DNA of 64,000 bases from Picochlorum sp. SENEW3 (Eukaryota), in the NCBI GenBank assembly GCA_034226945.1, contig CP120454.1, positions 372,001-436,000 of the forward strand, given 5' to 3'. Made by a program: the position numbers and the translations under genes. This document shows positions 10,184 through 23,112 of this stretch, in pieces. The notes under the pieces were generated by a model, which saw only the letters and a program-made list of their open reading frames with translations, had not been told where the DNA came from and did not search any database. Position 1 is the first letter of the stretch. Every line of letters starts with the position of its first letter.

Positions 10184-13100
10184 ATGAAATATAACAGAGT
10201 TGATCAAGATCCAACAAGAGAGTGGGACCGTGCAAGCGGTGCAAAGTTGGTGTTTCTTCAGTTTCGAACTCTTGTGAGAAAAGAATGGCTCGTGAGGTGA
10301 GTATTGCATCTTTGGAAGCTGTATATCGAACAGAAATAAATTACAACCACCTTGATACAATAGGAAAAGGAAAACGAGGCTCAACTTCTTGCTTCTTGTA
10401 AGCTCGACCCTCTGTGTTGGAATGATTTGGGTCTTCAATGCTGCGATGGATTTATACCAGCAAATGGATTCCAACCGAAGGGTCGTCAAGTATTCTGAGA
10501 TGATATCAATGACGTCTGCCATTCCAAGCTGCAAGGACAATATCTTCATGAGGCAGGACATTCCATGTTTTAGCCTTCTGTATGCTCCGGTGTGTGGCTT
10601 GAATGTTGCCAGCCTTGCTTGACTCTATGTTTCGAGTTCGTTCTACTTAACACGTTGAAAATGTAGGAAAACAAGGAAACAAGAGAGATCGTCAATAATA
10701 TTCGTGAAGATAATGTGCCGAGCATTGATGCATCACTGGTCAAAGGCTTTTCCTCTGGAAAAGAGATGGATGAGTATTTGTACACTCATCCAAACTCAGT
10801 GGTATCGGCTGTAGAATTCTTCAAGGAAAGTGATAAAAATTATGCATTTTCGGTTCAGACGAATGGAACAGTCCGCTGGTTCAAGGGAGTTTTTCAGCAA
10901 CCCCATCTGTATGCTCAACTTCCAGTTGTTGTTGCTGTTCAGAAAGCCCTAGCATCCATGATTGCTGGAACGCCTATAGAATGGACAGTTCGCATTGGAG
11001 AATATCCCCATCCAGCTATATCAGTACGTTGACGGGATTTAACCTCAGCATGCTCCGCTTTTTTTGTGCATGAGAGTTGGTATTGTACATGCAGGCTCAA
11101 ATGTTCACAAGCAAATTTGCCCCGCTATTTTTTGTGTCGAGCATTCTCTTGGTACTGATACTGCAAATCTACGAGATTGTGGAGCAGAAAGAAAGGGGAA
11201 CCATCGGGCTATTGACATTAACTGGCTTGCAGTACGCTAATTTTCTTGTTTTTCTATAGGGACCACAATGGTTGACTGATAATCCACTGAATGTTGCAGG
11301 TTCACTCCGTACTGGAGTTACCTTGTTGCCACATACTCTACTCTGCATCTGGCGAATGCATCACTTCTTTCCCTTTTGTCGGTAGCAATTCAGCTCCAAC
11401 CTGTGAGTTCTGTTGCCTCGTTTTTTGCCCGTTTCTTGATGGACCTCAGAATCACTGACATCGTATACTGTTCTCTTTTGCAGTTCCACGGAGTCAAAAT
11501 ACTTTATTGCTTCCTCCTTTTGGCTAATTCTTCACAAGCAATAATGGCATTAGGCCTACTGTCCTCCTCCCTTTTGAGAAAGGTGTGCACCGTGTATTTG
11601 TGTACATGTTCTCGTTGATGATTAGATATCTTGCTTGGCTGGTAAACAACCAAAGTACCTCACCAATTTCTTGCAGACTTCCTCAGCTATATCTACAGGC
11701 TTTTTACTTTTTTCTTTGGCTTGGATAATGATGGTGTTTCTTAGTTTTGGATTCCCTTTTAACCTGGAAGGTGAAGGAGTCTGGAAAACACTGTTCTGCA
11801 TGTTTCCATGGACGATCACATTTAGAGGATACGAGCTACTCTCCGACTCCAACACAGCGTCAGAGACATCTAACTTTCCCATTCTAATGGCCTTGCTATC
11901 CGCTCAGAATGTGATATACACTGTCTTGGCAATCTACTTTGATGCTTGCCTGCCAGATATTAACGGCAAAAGACGGATACCCTGGTTCTTGTTCAGATTG
12001 GAACAGTTGCACTCAAAGGTACGATACACATCCTAACCGGTTAGTCGGAAGATAATCAATCTGACTCATTTTCATGATCATTGATAGGGATATGTTAGCA
12101 AAAGCCTACTCTCCGCGACGAATCAGAAGTCCAATCGATGCTCGGATGATGCAATCGATCTCGAGGAGAGAAAAATCAAAGAGCTTTGTCGGAAGTATAT
12201 TACTGAATCAATCGAGGATCCTGAATACGCAATCCAAATACACGGGTTGCGGAAAGAATATAATTTGCCAGGATGGCTGAACAGAAGTAGCAGGATTGCC
12301 TTAGATGGTGACTGGTTCGGTGTCAAAGCAGGTAAGATAGCGCAGTAGGTTGACAACAAGTTGAGCGCGACGCGTGTCACAAATAGGTGTGCATTCGACA
12401 TGTGCTGATCCCAATATGACGATCGCTATCTTTGCAGGAGAATGCTTTTGTCTTCTTGGGCCTAATAGTGCTGGCAAAACTACTTTGATCAAGTGTTTAC
12501 TTGGACTAACTAAGGCTTCCAGTGGTACGGCTGCTTCGCCTTTATTGCGAGAGTACTGGTTCCTTATTATTTTCGCTAAAATGATTTGTACAGGTCAAGC
12601 AATCATCGACGGAAAGAGCACTTATACATCGAGCGATCTTCAGGAAGCATCGAAAAACATAGGCTATTGTCCCCAGCATGACGGATCTCTTTGCGATCTT
12701 CTGACAGTTTGGGAGAATTATGAATTGTTCTGCGCAGCGAAAGGAGTTGTTCCGAGCTTGGCGGAAAAGCAGAATGTTCCGATAATCACGGTGCGAGCTA
12801 ACAATGAGTTTTCCTTAAATTCCAATGAATGAACACACCATGACACCGCCGTACCTTGCGCAGGGACAGCCGAATGCCACACTGCTCAATGCGTCTCCCT
12901 CCGAACGAAGGCAGCTTTCCATCGCAATCGCACTGATAGGAAATCCAAAGGTAAGTGGAGCAACCTATAAGAGTTTGGTCTTAACACTGATATCAATCAA
13001 GCCATGTATTGGAATATACTATATATATATTCAGGTGATAGTACTAGACGAGCCAACTGCTAATGTCGATCCTTTCGTGAAGAGGACACTGTGGAAACAC

Positions 13101-14072
13101 ATTGAGGAATTGAAAAATGAAAGATCGACTGTGTTTCTCTCGACCCATAGTATGCATGAAGCTGAAATTCTCTCCGACAGGTGAGTCAAAAGATCGATGT
13201 CGATGGTAGTAGAGATCTCAATGACGATTTTATGACTCAATGCGCAGGCTCGGAATTATGGTGCGAGGGAAGTTACGATGCTTGGGTTCTCCTCTGGAAC
13301 TCAAGCGGAGGTTTGGATCCGGATATAAAATTAGCCTGGGACTTCGAAAAGATATTGACGTCGACCAAAAGACTATACAAGAAAATATTGTTCAGCTTAT
13401 GCGGAAAAGCATGACTCTGAAATCAGGTATGATGATCGCAGTGCTCCAAAGGTTTGATTATTGATTGATAATGACATCTAGTTGCAGTTGAATTCTCAGC
13501 TGATTATGTGAATATTACCTTACCATACGAAATGGAAGATAGGTTGCCACTGATGCTGACGCAGCTCAATGTACGTGCACTTGAAGACTGTGTGTCCTCT
13601 ATTTATACCTAAGGAGCAAGCTTGTTTTTGACGCAGAATAACATGGAGTTGCTTCATATTCGAGACGTGCAGCTGCGACCAACTCCGATGGAGGAAGTTT
13701 TCATGACCATAACAAAAAAAGCGGAACTTGAAAATGCTGAGGTGCGTGTGCTCATATATCGTGTTTCTAACTTTGAGAGTAAACTGATTTCACTGGTGAT
13801 GGTTCCACAGGCCGAGGGTAGATTTGAGACATTGCTATTAGCTGAGGAGGGTATTGCTCTCAAAATACCAGTGGGCGCAGATTACATCGAGAGTCCAGGT
13901 GAGAATTCGTTTGCAATAAACAAATCGGATGTTACAACTATCGATCTTGCTGTATACTGTTACAGGTGGAAATTTTTATACAATCAAATGGACAAAAGAT
14001 CGCTTAGGTCACCTGAGAATTCACGATTATTCTCCTGACAAATTCCGCATTCGCGAGGAGAAAGATCGATAA
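10184..14072 (+). CDS. ABCA half-size transporter, plant ABCA2/ABCA9-like, many exons
   Basis: Spliced fragments give N-terminal TM, ectodomain, TMD, Walker A GPNSAGKTT, Q-loop IGYCPQHD, Walker B VIVLDEPT, H-loop LSTHSM, RCLGSPLELKRRFGSGY and the C-terminal MEEVF...KAELE...IPVGA tail; exon edges approximate. Confidence 0.85.
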
Positions 14073-16420
14073 ATTTTCTTAGACTGATCTTCGATGATTG
14101 CAGCCTTTACTCTGCATGAATAAATAAATTTTTAGATGCTGTCAACTATCGTACCAATCTTTTTGTATATGATGTAATTCGTACCTGTAATCATCGACGT
14201 GTCGTTTCCAGTTTTCCATGTTGATCTTTTCAGGCAGGTTCGCATTATAGGCTGACTTTACTTCGTTTTCGCACATTGGTTTCGGATGCTCTTTACCCAT
14301 CTACACAAAAAAGAATCGAACTCCATCACAATTCGTCTCCATGCTTATGAAACTGCCACTCAAAATTCGTACCTGCTTCATTAAGTGAGGGCTACTCCAT
14401 GAGAGATAGCAGAGGGATATTTGTAGCAAAGAATACGAAGAGCTTTGAGGTGACGACTGGCATATTACTGGTGGATGCTTTAGTGTGAAATCCATGCTGG
14501 TCTTCTTGGAATCTTCGTCTGCTGGCATTGGTGTTTCATCTAAGCGCTCGGAGCAGCTGAATTTTTTCAGCTTGCACATGATGAACTCAAAGTCTTCCAT
14601 GCTTTCGTCGAATTGGAAGTAGACGTCCTCGAGATACTTGATATACCTGTCTAGATCTCGTACGTTCAACTGAATAACCTGCAAGTGAAAGAAAAAAGAG
14701 TGATTGTTTAGTCTACTCTGTGGCCGTTGTTCCAATAGTTTTAAAGCTGGTATCAATTGACGTACGTCACGGGAGCGAACACGGTGAGGCATCAGCCTAT
14801 CACTGTGCAGAAGATTCTCAAATGATGATTGTATGAGTGAATCCCATGCTGACCGATCTTCCACACAACTAAGTATGACATCAACTGCAGCAAATGTATA
14901 TTAAATTATTTACCTTGCCATATGCGTGAGCAACCAGAAAATATCAATTCCTAGTTTTCATGTAGCTTTTGTCTTTGTTCATATCAACATTCAAAACCAT
15001 GCCTCACCATAAAATGCAGTTTTTGTGGCCTGCATAGCCCAAGGAGTCTTGAATAGGTCACACAAGTAGAGCTCCGAGGAGTTTATATCTCCACCGTAGA
15101 GAAATTGACACGTTGAGAGCGGTGCGAGTATTTCCTGCATCAAATATCATAGCCATGATGACTGAAACAATATTCACGGTAGGGTGAAAGAAACTAACCT
15201 CTGGCAGGCCAAGGGTTACTGCATATCGCTGGTTCCAGGCCATGGTGTGAAGCGGAGGAACTTTATAACGAAGAAAAGATCCTAAACGTCGGGATTGTGC
15301 ATATATCTTTGCAGGACTAATGACCCCTGCATCACAATTGTCAGAATGTTTGTCTGCCATATACATTCACGGACAATAATGAATAAAACATACCCGGTCG
15401 ACAGAAAAAGATCTTGGGAAACATTGTCAAATATTGTTCTAAAGAGGATTTGAATATTTTCCAAAATCCTAAGTATTCGATCCTGCCTGTCGATGACAAT
15501 GTGCAAATATCCATGGGGTCTAATGTCTCTCGCATCATCCAGCATCCTAGAAACAAAATGGTCAGGGAAAGCGAAAGAGGCAAGAACTGCAACAAGATGC
15601 CACGGTGAGACCAAATTTTGAAAGCGTGTCCAGAAACAACATACTTTGTTCAAGTGCATGGTGACAATAGCACTTGCTCGGCTTGTCTTCCTACCCTGAT
15701 CATCTTCAAGCATCTTCTCCTCGCTCGCAGCAATCTCTCTCTCTATGACCCTGCAAGCGCACAATGTTCGTCATGATATCAACATAAGAAAAGTAGGTTC
15801 TCTCTCATTAGGATGACGTACTCGTAAAACGACGATTCTAAAACCCCCGATTTCTGGATATATAGGAACCAAATTTCTCGAACACGTTCACGGAACACAT
15901 CACAACGGGAAATCAGATCCAGCCTCTCCAGCTGGGAAATCTGAATCTGCACGAGTGAAATCTATACGTCAAACAATACTTGAAGACCTGTTCCAGTGCC
16001 CGTAGGAATTACAAACCTGAAGTAAATCTTGAAAGGCAAAGATGTATGCTTCAATTCCTTCCTGAATGGGCAGCTTTTCCTTCTCTTCTACGCGCTTCCA
16101 TTCAGTCTTGTATTCACTTGGAGCCGCACGAACTTCAGTACGCCTGCATATGATCTCATCTCGTATGAGCCCGAAACTTAAATGAATGGAATCACAGCTG
16201 TTTGCACACACAACTCACCTGGTTGCAGCTTGGTACTCCTGTGTTTCCTCCAAAAAGTTCTGCAAAGCCAATGTTGTCAAGCCGATTGAAACAAATATAA
16301 ACTTTTAATATGAAAACCTACTTGTTGAGTAACCCCGCATGTTTCGCAGACTAAAATCCCAGCTGTCAGTTGCAAAGTCCCTGCAAAGCATGTTTGACAC
16401 AAACCCCCCTCTTCTTCCAT
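14027..16420 (-). CDS. TAF1B/RRN7-like RNA polymerase I initiation factor (TFIIB-related), multi-exon
   Basis: ATG 16420: MEEEGGLCQTCFAG...ILVCETCG zinc ribbon, then AFQDLLQ/IQ...VREIWFLY helix pattern seen in RRN7/TAF1B; later exons include ORF 14301-14864; 3' end uncertain. Confidence 0.55.
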
Positions 16421-16696
16421 TGCAGAGGGTAATCAGTACCCCAATAAATGACAAATTCAGTTAATTTATTTTGACATGAAAAAAGATGCAGTCAGTACCG
16501 ACTTTCCACTCTCGACAAGCCGAAACACACGTCAGTGCTCTCTGCAAATCTGAGCCTGAATTGTCAAACACGGAAGAATGACCTCCGTGAAGGTCACGGG
16601 CACAATGTAAGAAAATTATACCATAGATCGATATATTGTTGTGATACGTATTTATTTCAATAGCAGAGCACCTGCTATTTGAACAAACTGTTCGAG

Positions 16697-17790
16697 ATGT
16701 CTTTGTCCACATGTGTAATCGGAGGAAGCAAAAACACTGCGTTTGCCGGTAGTGTGCGAGGTAAGTAGCCTAACATGTTACTAAAATGTAAATATTGGGT
16801 AACAATGGAGTTTCTGGGACCCTACGCAGCATTTACTCAGCGAAGAAGGTTGTATCAGAAGAGTACCAGGCCTGCTGTCAAAGTTCAGGCCAACTTGTTT
16901 GAGCGAATCGTCAGAGTTGCTAAATCGTATGCAAATGCCTTTGGTATGTTGAATGAGTGTATCTCTCCCTTGGCTAGATGAACTGGTGTGATGGTCTGTT
17001 TCTGTGTGTCTGCAGTGAGCTCTGTGGAGGATCCAGAAAAAGTATTGGATCAGGCAGTCGAGGATATGCAGAACGATCTGATTAGGCTGAGACAGGCCGC
17101 TGCGGAAGTCACGGCGTCGGAGAAGAGAATGCAGGCGAAGAGGGATCAGGCGCAGAGCACAGCAGTGCGTACTATCATTGCCATGGAGCCCATCATTGTG
17201 TTGATCAAATGACTCACGCTGTTATTTATTTACTCTTGCAGAATGAATGGTATCGCAGAGCTGAACTCGCGCTCAGCAAAAATGATGAGGAACTTGCACG
17301 CGAGGCGCTGTCCAGGCGTAAGGCTTTCCAGGAAAATGCTGACATGTTGAGTTCACAGTTAGACCAGCAAGCCAAGGCTGTTGAAACTATCGTCTCCAAC
17401 ATGAGGACACTGGAAGCAAAGTTGGCGGAAGCAAAAATGAAAAAGGATACTCTAAAGGCGAGGGCTCAATCAGCCAAGTCAGCCAGAGCAATCAATGACA
17501 TGGTAGGAGGGCTGAGCACTGGCAGTGCCCTTTCAGCTTTTGAAAAGATGGAAGAAAAAGTCATGTCACTGGAGGCCGAGGCCGACGCTGCGACACTTTT
17601 GGTCGGTGGTGCAGATGACCTTGAATCGAAATTCAAGCAGCTGGAAGGTGGAGATGTAGACGACGATTTGGCTGCCATGAAGGCCAAACTCGGCACCACA
17701 ACCGTTGCTGGCCAACTGCCCCCCGGCAGACCCGTCAAAGATGCGATTGACGTCGAGCTCGAGAATATGAAGAAAAATATGGGAGATTAA
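16697..17790 (+). CDS. VIPP1: VIPP1/IM30 (PspA/ESCRT-III family), plastid
   Basis: Transit peptide, then NLFERIVRVAKSYANA / EDPEKVLDQAVEDMQNDL / WYRRAELAL...AFEKMEEKV, plus the VIPP C-terminal helix IDVELENMKK. Confidence 0.93.
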
Positions 17791-17830
17791 TTAATTGTAG
17801 TATTGAGGTGTAAACGAATATTTTACCAAA

Positions 17831-18556
17831 CTATTCTACCATACCATCAATGATCCCCAACCCAACAGCCTCCTTTGGACTCAAAAAGTTTTCTCTATCA
17901 CACTCTTCTTCGATCCTGTCTGTAGATAACCCTGTCGAACTAGATAAGAACTGGTACATCATCTTCATGGTGCGATTCAGCTCGGTCGTCTGAATATTAA
18001 CCTCATCCGCTGACCCCTGAGCACCCCCATTCGGTTGCTGCAACATTATCCTGGCATTGGGCATGCTAAATCTTCTGCCCTTTGTCCCTGCAGCTAATAT
18101 CTGAACGGCATTTCCTCCCACCATACCGAATGCGACGGTGCTAATTGGTGCCTTGACAGCTTCCATGGTATCCAAAATTGACACCACCGAGTAGGAGGAA
18201 CCTGCCGCACAATTGATGTACAACTTAATTTCATCCTCTGTGCTTAATGAATTTAGTGCTAATAAGCTAGCTACTGTCTTAACTGCCACCTGATCGTTGA
18301 TTCGCTCACCTAGAAAGATAATTCGATTGCGGAGCAAGTGGCTATTCAGATCTACAACATCCTCGTTGTTCTCACCCAGCTGTATTACTGGAGCAATAAT
18401 TGGATCACGCTCTCGACGAGCCATACATACCAATCTGCACGCAACGTTGGAACGGTGATTCAGTACATGAGCGAAAACGCAAGCACTCTTGCTATTCTCA
18501 AGATTTCCTTTCATCCACGCACCCTGCACCGCTCTCATACAAAGATGAATTTTCAT
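17831..18556 (-). CDS. CLPR6: Plastid Clp protease non-catalytic subunit (ClpR6, ClpP6-like)
   Basis: ClpP fold (LLRNRIIFLG, YINCAAGSSYSV like plant ClpP6); catalytic Ser site reads VGGNA and His site reads MLQQP. Confidence 0.8.
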   Translation of the reverse strand: MKIHLCMRAVQGAWMKGNLENSKSACVFAHVLNHRSNVACRLVCMARRERDPIIAPVIQLGENNEDVVDLNSHLLRNRIIFLGERINDQVAVKTVASLLALNSLSTEDEIKLYINCAAGSSYSVVSILDTMEAVKAPISTVAFGMVGGNAVQILAAGTKGRRFSMPNARIMLQQPNGGAQGSADEVNIQTTELNRTMKMMYQFLSSSTGLSTDRIEEECDRENFLSPKEAVGLGIIDGMVE

Positions 18557-18901
18557 ACGAACTCAGAGGTCTTGATTGAACACCACGCTGGTCCACTGTA
18601 TGGTGGAAGAACCTCCTCTCCCGAGGACAGGACTGGGTAGTCCTGCAAAGACTCGTTTCAAGTCGAGCAATGTGAGTCATGAGTAATTATAAAGAGTTTA
18701 TAATGCATCTATACCGAGAGATGGTGTGTGGTGGATTTCCATGAGAATCCACCGTGCCTCATCCATGGCCTTTGGCCAATGGCCGCCGATGGCTTCCATC
18801 CGACATTGTCGAAACCACGTACATTGCCCACATACACATCGAATACAGCATTCTCAATATAATTATAGCACATTCCGATTTTAACACGTAGATCGGCAGT
18901 C

Positions 18902-19590
18902 ATGATGAACGTGCGTCCTTCCAGCGTTGCCATGGCCACAAGCACAGCAGGTCTTCCTGTTACTGTGCCAAGGGTGGCACATTTTGGATCATGTTCTGTA
19001 ATTCGTAGAGTACGTTATTTGTTCTAGTTTTTAGCCGTATTGAATGGATGGTTTTTGGCTGAAATGAGGTGAATGGGGTTGTGTGGTAGTGTCGCCTGGC
19101 AGTGTGGTGGCCATGTTTGCCGGCATTGCTATCGGAATGCTTTCTCATTTTTTAAATTCTTTTGATGCAGCAAGCTGGCGTGGTGCCTGTTGAGCGTCCA
19201 GCGACCCGCACGCTGGCCGCCCCGGTGTGTGTTGCCGCTGCTGCGACAGAGGCTCCAGAGGCAGTGGCCTATCTCAGATTTGCAAGAGGTTCTGCTCTCA
19301 AAGTGCGTAGAGTTTTGGACCAGATTCGCGGAAGATCATATGAAGAAGCTTTGATGATTCTGGAGTACATGCCATACAAAGCCTGTGAGCCAGTGATTCA
19401 GACACTTCTCTCAGCTGCAGCAAATGCCAAGAACAACCTTGGAATGAAGAAGAAAGATCTGTTCGTAAGCGAGTGTTTTGCTGATGAAGGTCCAGTAATG
19501 AAGAGGTACAGACCTCGTGCGCAGGGAAGAGCAAACAGGATTTTAAAGCCAACAGTGCACATTACAATCAAGGTAGCAGAAAGATCATAA
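18902..19590 (+). CDS. RPL22: Nucleus-encoded plastid ribosomal protein uL22
   Basis: Transit-peptide exon from 18902, intron, then [28 protein letters not shown]...PRAQGRA...HITI. Confidence 0.92.
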
Positions 19591-19595
19591 TGTAA
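19591..19595 (+). terminator. TGTAA chlorophyte polyadenylation signal (representative example)
   Basis: TGTAA directly after the RPL22 stop; similar TGTAA signals follow many other genes (e.g. about 17810, 35431, 39594, 44103, 52020 on +; about 45473, 48807 on -). Confidence 0.65.
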
Positions 19596-19600
19596 CATAG

Positions 19601-22600
19601 CTATTCAATGTCTTCCAGTAGATTGAGGTACACATCTTCTAAACTCAAATTCGAGACACTCCAATCTGCAATGTCTACTTTTGGCCCAAGTTTCATCTTT
19701 TCCATTCTCCTGAAGACAGCATCGATTGTTTGGTTGGCTGTGAGAGGCAGAGCAAATTTGAGCGTTTTGCCAAACTCGCTGACCAGTTCAGCATCCTGAA
19801 ATGTGGATCTGACACACTTGATGATTTGTTTTCTACTTTCAGTTGTGTTGACAGTGATTGTCAGCCACATGAATCTTCCATACCTAGAAATCATCTTTTG
19901 TGGAGACCCAAGAAATGCGATTTCCCCCTTTCTCAATACAGCAATGCGGTCGCACGACTCTGCCTCCAGAATATTATTTGTCGAGATGACCACCGAAACA
20001 CTTTTTGTTGCTTCTTTCAGGGCTCTCCATAGTACTTTCCGCGAGTATGGATCCATTCCTGCTGATGGTTCATCAATAAATACAACTTTAGGGCCATTGG
20101 GATCCCCCAGACCCAGCAATGCAATTGCCAATGAGAGCCGTCTTCGCATACCCCCGCTGTATTGGGCGACTCTCGTTTCAATTGAAGAGTGCAAATCAAG
20201 AGACTCTATCATATTTTGTATGTACGCGTCAATGTTCGCACGTCTTCCAAATTTTATCATACCAAAGATTTTCAAGTTTTGCCACCCTGTAAGCTCATGA
20301 AACAAAATGTCTGTATCCCAACATGCCCCAATAGGTATATTCAGAGGAAGCTTGTCTCTAGAGTCCCAGCCCTGGACAAGAATCGTCCCTTGGTCCTGAT
20401 GAACAAGGCCGACCGTCATTTTCAATATTGTGCTTTTGAATGAACCTGGCGCAGCACCTAGGAATGCAAAGCATTCCTGGTCTTGGATCACCAAGGAAAG
20501 ATCGATCTCTAACTGATCATATTCGGAATACTTCTGCACCGCCTGATAGATGACCGAGAAATCGTAATGTTGGATTAAACTTGGATCACGCTGCAGCATT
20601 TGGACCAGCCTTTTGCTATTTTCTCTTGTGTCATCTTCATCTTCGCGAGCAGCTGGTATTTCGAGACTAGTATCTGCGTATGATCCTAAGTATTCTGCTA
20701 GAGAAGATTTTTTCTTCGCTCTAGAAGTCCTTCCCTTTAGCTCTGTTTCACTGAGATGGCCCAAATAATAATCTAACTCATCTTCAGAATTCTTTCCCTG
20801 AACAGCATGACTACTGGAGTCTGCTCCATCTACCCTGCTAACTTCTTGTTTTGATTTCCTTTTAAGAAAAAACAAATAGCCCCGTCTTATTCCATCAACA
20901 TTGCCCATGAGATAATCAGAGTAAAGTGCAAGGAGCGGTATCACCAGGCTCTGAATCAACATGGCAAGCAGAACAAGCATCATGCTATTATCGGTTGCCA
21001 TGGTGTTCCATGAGATTCCTTTGTGCGCACCAGATTGATCTGCCAGAAAGGCATACTGAGATAGCTCATAAAGTCCTGCCAAACAACAAACAAACTGTCA
21101 AATTTGCATTGACAACAGTTCATGCATCTGAGTCAAGCCAGATGATACACACCTCTAAAAGCGCAAAAGCTTGGCACAAAAAATTGAAGAATATTAGCTG
21201 ATATGTCATTTTCTTGTTCAATTAGCAGAACTAGGACGACATTTGCCAAAAACCCCATGATTAAGATGTAGAACACTGATGATAATGCTCCTGACCTTCT
21301 GTCCTTGAAGAAAGATGCATACAAAAATCCAAAACTGATGATCACGGTTCCCCACAGTCCAAAAAATGCTATTTGGATTGATATTATATTCTTAGTAAAC
21401 ATCTTGACTCCAAGCAAAAAGCCAAAACCAACAAAGCAAGACATGTAAATGCTATACATGCCCATACACCACACAAATTTTGAAGCATAGAATGCAAACG
21501 GTCTCAGTCCATTGATATGCTGGAAAATCCTCAAATCTAGTTCTTTTTCATATACTAAAGAGTTGAGGTGGAGTGGAAGTATCGCATGCATCAACCACAT
21601 TGAAAACAAAGGACCCAACAAAGTTGAGAAGTCAACAGTAAGGACCGAGGACTGCCTTGGCATGTCCCTGATCCCAGCCAGGTTCACAGATCCATCGAAA
21701 AAGTATTTAATATATGCATTCGATGCAATGTTAATAGATTGTGCCCAGCGTTGGATGTCTGGGATATCCATGGGACTATAGACTCTTGGGGTGTTAGCCC
21801 AAATGTCTACCTGCAGGTTTGAGGCATTTGTTAGGTGCCAATCATACGCACCGATAATCTTTGCACTTCTGTCTCCCCAATCTTGGTAAATGGCATTGTT
21901 AATATCGTCAGACGAGTTGAAATATTTGAACAGAATGTTCAGCGTCGCGACATGCATGCCTGTCAGGTTGGCAACAGATTTCGGAATTGAGGACATTACT
22001 TTGTCAGAATGGGCACCCTTGCTCCGACCATCTTGTAAGAGATACAGCTTCTTCTCCTCATTAATTTCGGGGATTAAAGCGCGTTCTAGTAGCAGAGTAC
22101 CCGAAGATATATCTGAAGTTGCCATGCTAACGCCAAAATCATGTAAACCCTTGACCAAAGCACCCGTAGCCTCGATAAATTCGAGTTCCTCAGCATTTTC
22201 ATCCGCCTCTGTCCCACCACTCTGATGAAATCCATCCATGGATTCTATTTCATCCAGTACCATTGACTTGACGTATGATTCAGCGACTTTGGAGGCCACC
22301 AACGCAGAGTTAGAAAAGAATGAATCCATGATTTTTGTTGTGTCCATTTCGTCCCCCCCTGTAAATGCAATATACCCAGTATCCAGGGTATCTGGCGGTA
22401 TCTGCATTAAAGGGGGCCATAGCGGGGTCTGCTTGACGTCACAGAATGGTGCCTGATTGACAGAGGAATACAAAAAGCTACAGGTAGCATTATTCTGGCT
22501 TGAACAAGACCCAGATGGGGTACATGGCTCGACCCCTGTCGAATTGTAGCAATCCAAACATTTACAACCACATTTGAATGCATCGATATCAACGTGGTTA

Positions 22601-22746
22601 GATATCGAGTTCTGTGCGATGATCAGAATGGCCAAGGCAATGAAAGGCGCTGCCCCAAGAGCTAGTACTCCAAAAGGCCTCCGAAACTGTAACAGAGCAT
22701 CCTTGTATACGCATGCAGAGATCTGTGAGACTAATTCCCTTTTCAT
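19601..22746 (-). CDS. ABCA half-size transporter, plant ABCA7-like, 2 exons
   Basis: KCGCKC ectodomain, WPPLMQIP, LVYEKE, FRGLYE across the intron, signature YSGGMRRRLSLAIAL, VVFIDEPSAGMDP, DWSVSNLSLEDVY. Confidence 0.88.
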
Positions 22747-23112
22747 TTATTGAAAACGCAGTCTAAATGCATCCAAGTCTGGAAATATGCCGTGCTGTGA
22801 ACCGTCAACGCCAATTCTCCTGGTCAAACTAGCATGAGCATGCCTCGTTCAGCGCGAGTAAGGGTTCACTGCCCTAGAAAAACATTAGTTTCATTGATAC
22901 TCTGGATAAAACGATTGGATTGAGGATTTATAATGGGCGTTTCAACAGATTCCCGCTTCTTCCCAGCGCTCGGCTAAAACTCCCATAGAAAGGCATCTTT
23001 GACAGACGACGCCCATCCAAGCAAACGTTCAAAGAAAAGAATGAATGGCCAAGATGCATTGTAGGTTCCTGACACATGTTTCGATATTCCACATTCGTCG
23101 ACCATATTTGAT

